NCBI GenBank assembly: GCA_964016885.1
Contig: OZ024758.1
Location: 38,688,001 to 38,752,000 of the forward strand
Length of the DNA: 64,000 nucleotides
Direction of reading: 5' to 3'
DNA from: Eledone cirrhosa
Lineage: Eukaryota
This document shows positions 23,120 through 34,800 of this stretch, piece by piece. Made by a program: the position numbers and the translations under genes. Below the pieces are notes generated by a model. It worked only from the letters and a program-made list of their open reading frames with translations, did not search any database and was not told where the DNA came from. Each line of letters opens with the position of its first letter. Within the stretch, counting starts at the first letter, position 1.

Positions 23120-23683
23120 TCTATATATTAATTTCAACAATGTCAATATTCCATGTGTCATAATTCTCGATTATCATTGGTTCATAGGTTTCGAACGACT
23201 CCGCCCACCTCAACTACGCCAAACTTAAATTAATATGTATAATGCCAATGAGAGAGTGAGAGGCGGAGAGAGGCAAAGTGAACGCTGTGTTGGATACACT
23301 ATGTATATGTGTCAGTGTAGAGACGTGTGTGTGTGTGTGTGATGTGTGTGGAAATAAGAGGGGAAGGAAAGCAATAACTATTAACACGTGTGCGTGTGTA
23401 TGTACGTGCGCGTATGTTTATGTATGTGTGCGTGCGTGCAGCGTTCCACAGAAAGTAAAAACTATCAACATGTGTGAGTGTGTGCGTGTGTGTAAGTGCA
23501 CGGGTGCGTGTGTAAGTTTGTGTGCGTGTATGTGTGTATACGTGCGGCGTTCCACAATCGCCACGCAGTTTATCTGTCTGTGTGCCTGTCTGTCAGTCTA
23601 ACATACAGAGTTGTGAAGGGAGTAAATAGGGACCTTTTCTTTTATCATCTGTTTACCCGGGCGAAGCTGGGTACGTCAGCTCG
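23120..23683 (+). mobile_element. Non-autonomous mini-Helitron in head-to-tail tandem
   Basis: Starts TCTATATATTAATTT and parallels 17278-17690; then the same 3' hairpin, ending CTCG. Confidence 0.88.
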
Positions 23684-23939
23684 GGAAAATAATTTATGCT
23701 TTGATTCGTGAAGACGTTCCCTGGCAATGAACGGGAAAAAGAAGATAATACATCGTTATGTGGAGCGGTGACAACAATTACACGTAAAGACAAAACCACG
23801 TTTATGGTGTAAATGGAGTCGTAGACTAATATTCTATTAAGGAAACTGAATGATGCTCGGCTTCGGAGTCCAGAATAATGTAAATAAATTAGTTGAACGA
23901 AAATGACAGATGTTATTAAAATCATAAAAGTAATAATAA

Positions 23940-24348
23940 TTAAATATATACATACACACATTTATACATGAGCATATGCGAAAACTCACGGCATGCATGC
24001 ATATACATATACGTACACATAAACAGGCGCGCACGGACGTAAACCGGCGCAACACATATACCCGCACACATACGATTGTATGCACCAAATACACATATAA
24101 ATATATGTTTGTGTGTGTATATATACATATAATTATAAATACATATATAAATATACACGCATAAATGCGTATAGAACGCACACTCACATACCTACAGGTA
24201 AATACACATATGTTCACCAAACGTACATATACCAAAACCCTATGTACACATATACACACATACACACTCATTCATACACATATATACACATATACATACA
24301 TACGTACATATATGTGTGTATATATATATATATATAGAGAGAGAGAGC
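23940..24348. repeat. Degenerate (CA)/(TA) low-complexity region
   Basis: Direct reading. Confidence 0.8.
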
Positions 24349-24581
24349 AGTTGTAATGGGTAATATCGCTGCTATTTCTAGCAGTCAGTGAGACTACCTA
24401 GAGGTTTTCTTATTGATATATAATTGATATTTTATTGAGTGATACTTTCTGATTTACAATAAACTAAAAACGATTGGAACTGTGTCTGAAGGTATTAAAT
24501 TATATCAGGGACTTTTAACATATGACACCGGGAAGAGAGTTGAAACATGCACAACGACACCGAGTACCTGCTGCCTTCATT

Positions 24582-24770
24582 GCGGTGAATTGGCAGTATC
24601 GGTAGAGGGTCGGACGCCATGCTTTCCAGCATAGTTACGTCCCTTTACGATCTGAGTTCAAATCCTGCCGAGGTTGACTTTGCCTTTCATCCTTACGGGG
24701 TCGATAAAATAAAGTACCAGTAATGCACTGGGTAATTGCTGGCCTTGTGCCTAAAGTAGAAACAATTATA
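24582..24770 (+). mobile_element. tRNA-derived SINE family A
   Basis: gcggtgaattggcag..ctgagttcaaatcctgccgagg..gtgcctaaagtagaaacaattata. Confidence 0.88.
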
Positions 24771-24802
24771 ACTTTAATTAATCTAATTATATCTTGTGTA
24801 AC

Positions 24803-24851
<49 letters not shown>

Positions 24852-25288
24852 TTTATTTCCCCGACATCAGTCTTACACTGTCATATCTATTCTTACTTTA
24901 CAATTGTGTCTACTAAGAGTTCCATTACAATCTGTAGTAGTAAAACTACTATTTCACCAGAACATCTGCTATCAGTCATTTATAGACAATATATATATTT
25001 TAGACCACATATCAACCTAATATATATATATTTCCTATCAAATCTGTAGCTAAAGACATAAAGTCATCCTCACTACTTCATTCTGACAAGATATCAATTC
25101 ATGACTAAAGATGAAGAAGATACACCAACGTTAATGTCGTGAAATAAAGCTGATAACATCTTTGAAACTTTTAATTTGATAACAAAGAGATTATTTCTTT
25201 GGTTGTTTAGTAACAACTAACAACACAACACATTGATTATATGTGAAGGAGGTAAGTTGACAAAGATTTACTTGAAGTCTATAATAAT

Positions 25289-25453
25289 TGTTTCTACTTT
25301 AGGCACAAGACCAGCAATTACCCAGTGCATTACTGGTACTTTATTTGATCGACCCCCTAAGGATGAAAGACAAAGTCAACCTCGGCGGGATTTGAGCTCA
25401 GATCGTAAAGGTATGTAACTATGCTGGAAAGCATGGCGTCTGACCCTCTACCG
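25289..25453 (-). mobile_element. 5'-truncated SINE family A with a 19-bp TSD
   Basis: acttgaagtctataataat at 25270-25288 and 25454-25472. Confidence 0.9.
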
Positions 25454-25472
25454 ACTTGAAGTCTATAATAAT

Positions 25473-26265
25473 GATAGCCACAATTACTAACTGCTATATA
25501 GTACATTAGATAATGTAGTCCTAGGTACACTATGTCTGATAGCCATTATACTGTACATTATATAATGTAGTCTTAGGTACACTATGTCTGATAGCCACTA
25601 TACTGTACATTAGACAATGTAGTCCTAGGTACACTATGTCTGATAGCCACTATACTGTACATTATATAATGTAGTCCTAGATACACTATGTCTGATAGCC
25701 ACTATACTGTACATTAGACAATGTAGTCCTAGATACACTATGTCTGATAGCCACTATACTGTACATTAGATAATGTAGTCCTAGGTACACTATGTCTAAT
25801 AGCTACTATACTGTACATTAGATAATGTAATCCTAGATACACTATGTCTGATAGACACTATACTGTACATTAGATAATGTAGTCCTAGATACACTATGTC
25901 TGATAGCCACTATACTGTACATTAGATAATGTAGTCCGAGGTACACTATGTCTGATAGCCACTATACTGTACATTAGATAATGTAGTCCTAGGTACACTA
26001 TGTCTGATAGACACTATACTGTACATTAGATAATGTAGTCCTAGGTACACTATGTCTGATAGCCATTAATACTAATTTCTATACTGTACATTAGATAATG
26101 TAGTCCTAGTTACACTATGTCTTATAGCCAGTAATACTAATTTCTATACTGTACATTAGATAATGTAATTCTAGATATACTATGTCTTATAGCCACTAAT
26201 ACTAACTACTGTACTGTACATTAGATAATGTAATCCTAGATACACTATGTCTGATAGTCACTAGT
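25473..26265. repeat. 52-bp minisatellite with 64-bp variants at its right end
   Basis: gtacatta at 25501, 25553, 25605; extra atactaatttct in later units. Confidence 0.95.
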
Positions 26266-26464
26266 ATATACGTAGTTCTCAGGGAGATTCATCAAGACGT
26301 ATGGCATGGCTTCCCTTTGAAATACATGTAGAACCCATCTTATATTATAATGTGTCTGAGTATTTCATTGACACGTATACCGTTGACATTCTTCTCAGGG
26401 AGATTCAGTGTGACAATTCTATGTAACAACATTTCCACTATAATTATTACAACTTATTATTTTT

Positions 26465-26597
26465 GCCAGCTGGGTGAAATAAAACAATGAGAAATAAAGT
26501 GTCTTGTTCAAGGCCCCGACGTACAGACCACCCGGTATGGGATTCGAACTCACGAACCATACGTTCATGTATTGCGTGCTATCACCGCCTAAATCCG
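26465..26597 (-). mobile_element. tRNA-head CORE-like SINE remnant
   Basis: gaaataaagtgtcttgttcaagg..gggattcgaactcac (B-box GAGTTCGAATCCC on minus strand). Confidence 0.65.
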
Positions 26598-27119
26598 GTT
26601 TCCTCCACACAAAATACACCAGAATATTTTAATCCGGATTAATTCAGGAACAAGAATTACATTAGTCGCTGAGAGTGATCTCCCTTGGCTGACTTTAAAA
26701 TCTTTACTTCTTCCATTAGAAATTAATTTGTTTCATGTCCGATTGAAAGACTCTGGAGTTTTTACCTGTCTTGGGTTTAATTAATGAGGAATTTTGAGGT
26801 ATTTATAACAATTATTAATTATTTCATTACTGAGATATCATTTGAAGGATTTACTGAAGTTTTTAATTATTAATTATTTTATTAGTAACTTAACATGTGG
26901 TTCTTGTATAAAATTATGTTGGAAGATTTTAGGAAGAAGATATGTAGCCGGTCTCAGTAAAATAGACTCCGAGGCTATGTAGCCGGTAAGTGCGTCAAAC
27001 ACCGTGTGTTGCGGCCCTTTATGGTCTGAATTGAGACAATTTAAATTTTTTTCCACCATGAATTGTTAAAAAACAAGTTAAAATCTTTTAGTTGTCCATT
27101 CGTAACGTACGTTACACTT

Positions 27120-27575
27120 TAGTTACATACACACACATCTACTGTGTTACATACATACATGTACTGTATTACATACACACAGATCTACTGTGTTACATAC
27201 ACACACATCTAGTGTGTTACATACACATACATATACTGTTACATACACACATCTACTGTGTTACATACACACACATCTACTGTGTTATATATACACACAT
27301 CTACTGTGTTATATATACACATCTACTGTGTTACATACACATCTACTGTGTTACATACACACATGTACTGTGTTACATACACACACATCTGTTGAGTTAC
27401 ATACACACACATCTACTGTGTTACATACACACACATCTACTGTGTTACATACAGACACATCTACTGTGTTACACACACACACACATCTACTGTGTTACAC
27501 ACACACACATCTACACATACATATTCATCAATAGACACACAATACAAAATATTTATTACATACACACACATCTAT
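27120..27575. repeat. ~20-26-bp minisatellite atctactgtgttacata(ca)n
   Basis: Direct reading. Confidence 0.9.
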
Positions 27576-28408
27576 GTAATGATTGAGGAAGGAGGGGGCT
27601 GGTGAAACGCTATAGCGACGTGTGTGTTGCGTACCTTTAAGGTTTACCGGCTTCGTAGCCTATTTGAAGATTTTATTATAATTATGAACCTTGTATTTCA
27701 ATTAATTATGAATAATTATGAGCTATTTATCACAATTGTTAGTTAATTACTAACATAGTAACTTAACATATGGTTGTTATATAGAATTTCGTTGGAAGAC
27801 TTTAATTTACATAGGAACCATTTCCATAGAAGGAGAACCAATTTTGGCTGGGTTTCTACCAAAAGAGTTAATGAAGAATTTTGAACAATTTACTAAAATT
27901 ATTATTTCATTACTAAGATAATGTGTGAATACACAATTATATGTGTGTGTGTATATATATATAAACAGTATATACACAGTATATATATAGTATACAAAAG
28001 ATGTAGTGGGATAATGTGTAGTCTTAAGACAAGTCTGTCCAGATAGCTGCGCTGTAGTTTACACTTATTGGGACTGTGTGTTGGCTAGCAGGCCTGTATT
28101 TTGGGATCTAGTTGGTCCATTATGAGGGAGGTCTGGTTAGTTGGCAGCTCCATGCCTTGTGGTATATGTATAGAAATAAGTTATTGTATATGTATAACTG
28201 TCCATCTATATGTATACATGTATGTTTAGGTATGTGTTTACATACATATATACATTTTCAGACGTATACACGTAAGAGTATATATATCTTTATATATATA
28301 TACATATATTTATATATATATATTTATATATATATAAATATACATTTGAGTGTAGATATATATATATCAATCATCTTTTAACATATATATGTATATATAA
28401 AATATATA

Positions 28409-28485
28409 CAAGGTCTCTCCAAACATGTATACACACTTCAACTACAGTCTATGTAAATGTGTATACATATTTTAGGGACACCCTG
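28409..28485. mobile_element. ~77-bp Tc1/mariner-type mini MITE
   Basis: TA|caaggtctctccaaacatgtatacac..gtgtatacatattttagggacaccctg|TA. Confidence 0.6.
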
Positions 28486-28650
28486 TATATATATCATGTA
28501 ACGTGACTCCTACTATTATTGGTTGTACAGATCGTCACCGATGAAAATATTTATTTCGACCAAGATTGAATATTTAATGGAATTAAGTGGAATTGGGAAA
28601 TATTGCCCCGGCCCAAATCTGACACAAATGGAGCGCCTCCTCTTCCGCTT

Positions 28651-28697
28651 TTAGGTGTAGAAGAATGGCTTGTGAGAGCAGTGCAAGCCATGTACAG
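28651..28697 (+). mobile_element. Short internal RTE RT fragment
   Basis: Encodes LGVEEWLVRAVQAMY, compared with LGVDEWLVKAVQAMY at ~6293-6337 on the minus strand. Confidence 0.6.
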
Positions 28698-28855
28698 TTG
28701 ACAAAGATTTACTTAATGTCTATATTAATGTGTGTAAATTATAGAATTACGTGAACTCTTCAACGATCCAGTAATTAACCGATTCCACTGTTACATGTGA
28801 TATAAAATATATTATCATGACTGTCTTTATTATTTAAATTACCTCCGTCTATTTA

Positions 28856-31800
28856 ATGGTATTAGTTGTCAGAAGTAACTCCACTGTTGGTGAGAATTAA
28901 TTTAAATCATGGTATTAGTTGTCAGAAGTAACTCCAATGTTGGTGAGAATTCATTTAAGTTCATGGTACTAGCTGTCAGAAGTAACTCCACTGTTTCTGA
29001 GAATTCATTTAAGTTCATGGTACTAGCTGTCAGAAGTAACTCCACTGTTGGTGAGAATTCATTTAAGTTCATGGTACTAGCTGTCAGAAGTAACTCCACT
29101 GTTGGTGAGAATTCATTTAAGTTCATGGTACTAGCTGTCAGAAGTAACTTCAATGTTGGTGAGAATTCATTTAAGTTCATGGTATTAGCTGTCAGAAGGA
29201 ACTCCACTGTTGGTGAGAATTCATTTAAGTTCATGGTATTAGCTGTCAGAAGTAACTCCACTGTTGGTGAGAATTCATTTAAGTTCATGGTACTAGTTGT
29301 CAGAAGTAACTCCACTGTTGGTGAGAATTCATTTAAGTTCATGGTATTAGTTGTCAGAAAAGTAACTCCACTGTTGGTGAGAATTCATTTAAGTCATGGT
29401 ATTAGTTGTCAGAAGTAACTCCAATGTTGGTGAGAATTCATTTAAGTTCATGGTACTAGCTGTCAGAAGTAACTCCACTGTTGGTGAGAATTCATTTAAG
29501 TTCATGGTATTAGCTGTCAGAAGTAACTCCACTGTTGGTGAGAATTCATTTAAGTCATGGAATTAGCTGTCAGAAGTAACTCCATTGTTGGTGAGAATTC
29601 ATTTAAGTCATGGTACTAGCTGTCAGAAGTAACTCCACTGTTGGTGAGAATTCATTTAAGTTCATGGTATTAGTTTGTCAGAAGTAACTCCACTGTTGGT
29701 GAGAATTCATTTAAGTTCATGGTATTAGTTGTCAGAAGTAACTCCACTGTTGGTGAGAATTCATTTAAGTCATGGTATTAGCTGTCAGAAGTAACTCCAA
29801 TGTTGGTGAGAATTCATTTAAGTTCATGGTACTAGCTGTCAGAAGTAACTCCACTGTTGGTGAGAATTCATTTAAGTTCATGGTACTAGCTGTCAGAAGT
29901 AACTCCAATGTTGGTGAGAATTCATTTAAGTTCATGGTATTAGCTGTCAGAAGGAACTCCACTGTTGGTGAGAATTCATTCAAGTTCATGGTATTAGCTG
30001 TCAGAAGTAACTCCACTGTTGGTGAGAATTCATTTAAGTTCATGGTACTAGTTGTCAGAAGTAACTCCACTGTTGGTGAGAATTCATTTAAGTTCATGGT
30101 ATTAGTTGTCAGAAGTAACTCCACTGTTGGTGAGAATTCATTTAAGTTCATGGTATTAGTTGTCAGAAGTAACTCCACTGTTGGTGAGAATTCATTTAAG
30201 TCATGGTATTAGTTGTCAGAAGTAACTCCAATGTTGGTGAGAATTCATTTAAGTTCATGGTACTAGCTGTCAGAAGTAACTGCACTGTTGGTGAGAATTC
30301 ATTTAAGTTCATGGTATTAGCTGTCAGAAGTAACTCCACTGTTGGTGAGAATTCATTTAAGTTCATGGTATGAGCTGTCAGAAGGAACTCTACTGTTGGT
30401 GAGAATTCATTTAAGTTCATGGTATTAGCTGTCAGAAGTAACTCCACTGTTGGTGAGAATTCATTTAAGTTCATGGTACTAGCTGTCAGAAGTAACTCCA
30501 CTGTTGGTGAGAATTCATTTAAGTCATGGTATTAGCTGTCAGAAGTAACTCCAATGTTGGTGAGAATTCATTTAAGTCATGGTACTAGCTGTCAGAAGTA
30601 ATTCCAATGTTGGTGAGAATTCATTTAAGTTCATGGTATTAGCTGTCAGAAGGAACTCCACTGTTGGTTAGAATTCATTTAAGTTCATGGTATTAGCTGT
30701 CAGAAGTAACTCCACTGTTGGTGAGAATTCATTTAAGTTCATGGTATTAGTTGTCAGAAGTAACTCCACTGTTGGTGAGAATTCATTTAAGTTCATGGTA
30801 TTAGTTGTCAGAAGTAACTCCACTGTTGGTGAGAATTCATTTAAGTCATGGTATTAGTTGTCAGAAGTAACTCCAATGTTGGTGAGAATTCATTTAAGTT
30901 CATGGTACTAGCTGTCAGAAGTAACTCCACTGTTGGTGAGAATTCATTTAAGTTCATGGTATTAGCTGTCAGAAGTAACTCCACTGTTGGTGAGAATTCA
31001 TTTAAGTTCATGGTATGAGCTGTCAGAAGGAACTCTACTGTTGGTGAGAATTCATTTAAGTTCATGGTATTAGCTGTCAGAAGTAACTCCACTGTTGGTG
31101 AGAATTCATTTAAGTTCATGGTACTAGCTGTCAGAAGTAACTCCACTGTTGGTGAGAATTCATTTAAGTCATGGTATTAGCTGTCAGAAGTAACTCCAAT
31201 GTTGGTGAGAATTCATTTAAGTCATGGTACTAGCTGTCAGAAGTAATTCCAATGTTGGTGAGAATTCATTTAAGTTCATGGTATTAGCTGTCAGAAGGAA
31301 CTCCACTGTTGGTTAGAATTCATTTAAGTTCATGGTATTAGCTGTCAGAAGTAACTCCACTGTTGGTGAGAATTCATTTAAGTTCATGGTACTAGCTGTC
31401 AGAAGTAACTCCACTGTTGGTGAGAATTCATTTAAATCATGGTATTAGTTGTCAGAAGTAACTCCAATGTTGGTGAGAATTCATTTAAGTTCATGGTACT
31501 AGCTGTCAGAAGTAACTCCACTGTTTCTGAGAATTCATTTAAGTTCATGGTACTAGCTGTCAGAAGTAACTCCACTGTTGGTGAGAATTCATTTAAGTTC
31601 ATGGTACTAGCTGTCAGAAGTAACTCCACTGTTGGTGAGAATTCATTTAAGTTCATGGTACTAGCTGTCAGAAGTAACTCCACTGTTGGTGAGAATCATT
31701 TAAGTTCATGGTATTAGCTGTCAGAAGTAACTCCACTGTTGGTGAGAATTCATTTAAGTCATGGTATTAGCTGTCAGAAGTAACTCCATTGTTGGTGAGA

Positions 31801-34800
31801 ATTCATTTAAGTCATGGTACTAGCTGTCAGAAGTAACTCCACTGTTGGTGAGAATTCATTTAAGTTCATGGTACTAGCTGTCAGAAGTAACTCCACTGTT
31901 GGTGAGAATTCATTTAAGTTCATGGTATTAGTTTGTCAGACGTAACTCCACTGTTGGTGAGAATTCATTTAAGTCATGGTATTAGCTGTCAGAAGTAACT
32001 CCAATGTTGGTGAGAATTCATTTAAGTTCATGGTATGAGCTGTCAGAAGGAACTCTACTGTTGGTGAGAATTCATTTAAGTTCATGGTATTAGCTGTCAG
32101 AAGTAACTCCACTGTTGGTGAGAATTCATTTAAGTTCATGGTACTAGCTGTCAGAAGTAACTCCACTGTTGGTGAGAATTCATATAAGTCATGGTATTAG
32201 CTGTCAGAAGTAACTCCAATGTTGGTGAGAATTCATTTAAGTCATGGTACTAGCTGTCAGAAGTATTTCCAATGTTGGTGAGAATTCATTTAAGTTCATG
32301 GTATTAGCTGTCAGAAGGAACTCCACTGTTGGTTAGAATTCATTTAAGTTCATGGTATTAGCTGTCAGAAGTAACTCCACTGTTGGTGAGAATTCATTTA
32401 AGTTCATGGTACTAGCTGTCAGAAGTAACTCCACTGTTGGTGAGAATTCATTTAAATCATGGTATTAGTTGTCAGAAGTAACTCCAATGTTGGTGAGAAT
32501 TCATTTAAGTTCATGGTACTAGCTGTCAGAAGTAACTCCACTGTTTCTGAGAATTCATGTAAGTTCATGGTACTAGCTGTCAGAAGTAACTCCACTGTTG
32601 GTGAGAATTCATTTAAGTTCATGGTACTAGCTGTCAGAAGTAACTCCACTGTTGGTGAGAATTCATTTAAGTTCATGGTATTAGCTGTCAGAAGTAACTC
32701 CACTGTTGGTGAGAATTCATTTAAGTTCATGGTACTAGCTGTCAGAAGTAACTCCAATGTTGGTGAGAATTCATTTAAGTTCATGGTATTAGCTGTCAGA
32801 AGTAACTCCACTGTTGGTGAGAATTCATTTAAGTTCATGGTATTAGCTGTCAGAAGTAACTCCACTGTTGGTGAGAATTCATTTAAGTTCATGGTATTAG
32901 CTGTCAGAAGTAACTCCAATGTTGGTGAGAATTCATTTAAGTTCATGATACTAGCTGTCAGAAGTAACTCCACTGTTGGTGAGAATTCATTTAAGTTCAT
33001 GGTATTAGCTGTCAGAAGTAACTCCACTGTTGGTGAGAATTCATTTAAGTTCATGGTACTAGCTGTCAGAAGTAACTCCACTGTTGGTGAGAATTCATTT
33101 AAGTCATGGTATTAGCTGTCAGAAGTAACTCCAATGTTGGTGAGAATTCATTTAAGTCATGGTACTAGCTGTCAGAAGTAACTCCAATGTTGGTGAGAAT
33201 TCATTTAAGTTCATGGTATTAGCTGTCAGAAGGAACTCCACTGTTGGTTAGAATTCATTTAAGTTCATGGTATTAGCTGTCAGAAGTAACTCCACTGTTG
33301 GTGAGAATTCATTTAAGTTCATGGTACTAGCTGTCAGAAGTAACTCCACTGTTGGTGAGAATTCAGTTAAGTTCATGGTACTAGCTGTCAGAAGTAACTC
33401 CACTGTTGGTGAGAATTCAGTTAAGTTCATGCTATTAGCTGTCAGAAGGAACTCCACTGTTGGTGAGAATTCATTTAAGTTCATGGTATTAGCTGTCAGA
33501 AGTAACTCCACTGTTGGTGAGAATTCATTTAAGTTCATGGTACTAGCTGTCAGAAGTAACTCCACTGTTGGTGAGAATTCAGTTAAGTTCATGGTATTAG
33601 TTGTCAGAAGTAACTCCACTGTTGGTGAGAATTAATTTAAATCGTGGTATTAGTTGTCAGAAGTAACTTCAATGTTGGTGAGAATTCATTTAAGTTCATG
33701 GTACTAGCTGTCAGAAGTAACTCCACTGTTTCTGAGAATTCATTTAAGTTCTGGTACTAGCTGTCAGAAGTAACTCCACTGTTGGTGAGAATTCATTTAA
33801 GTTCATGGTACTAGCTGTCAGAAGTAACTCCACTGTTGGTGAGAATTCATTTAAGTTCATGGTACTAGCTGTCAGAAGTAACCCCACTGTTGGTGAGAAT
33901 TCATTTAAGTTCATGGTACTAGCTGTCAGAAGTAACTCCAATGTTGGTGAGAATTCATTTAAGTTCATGGTATTAGCTGTCAGAAGGAACTCCACTGTTG
34001 GTGAGAATTCATTTAAGTTCATGGTATTAGCTGTCAGAAGTAACTCCACTGTTGGTGAGAATTCATTTAAGTTCATGGTACTAGTTGTCAGAAGTAACTC
34101 CACTGTTGGTGAGAATTCATTTAAGTTCATGGTATTAGTTGTCAGAAGTAACTCCACTGTTGGTGAGAATTCATTTAAGTCATGGTATTAGTTGTCAGAA
34201 GTAACTCCAATGTTGGTGAGAATTCATTTAAGTTCATGGTACTAGCTGTCAGAAGTAACTCCACTGTTGGTGAGAATTCATTTAAGTTCATGGTATTAGC
34301 TGTCAGAAGTAACTCCACTGTTGGTGAGAATTCATTTAAGTTCATGGTATTAGCTGTCAGAAGTAACTCCACTGTTGGTGAGAATTCATTTAAGTCATGG
34401 TATTAGCTGTCAGAAGTAACTCCAATGTTGGTGAGAATTCATTTAAGTTCATGGTATTAGCTGTCAGAAGGAACTCTACTGTTGGTGAGAATTCATTTAA
34501 GTTCATGGTATTAGCTGTCAGAAGTAACTCCACTGTTGGTGAGAATTCATTTAAGTTCATGGTACTAGCTGTCAGAAGTAACTCCAATGTTGGTGAGAAT
34601 TCATTTAAGTTCATGGTATTAGCTGTCAGAAGTAACTCCACTGTTGGTGAGAATTCATTTAAGTTCATGGTATTAGCTGTCAGAAGTAACTCCACTGTTG
34701 GTGAGAATTCATTTAAGTTCATGGTACTAGCTGTCAGAAGTAACTCCACTGCTGGTGAGAATTCATTTAAGTTCATGGTATTAGTTTGTCAGAAGTAACT

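Noticed and set aside
27092-27586. His/Tyr/Cys-rich ORFs
   Set aside because: Translations of the CA-containing minisatellite
26780-27930. Diverged AT-rich repeats at ~26780-26940 and ~27660-27930
   Set aside because: Too degenerate to classify; probably old TE remnants
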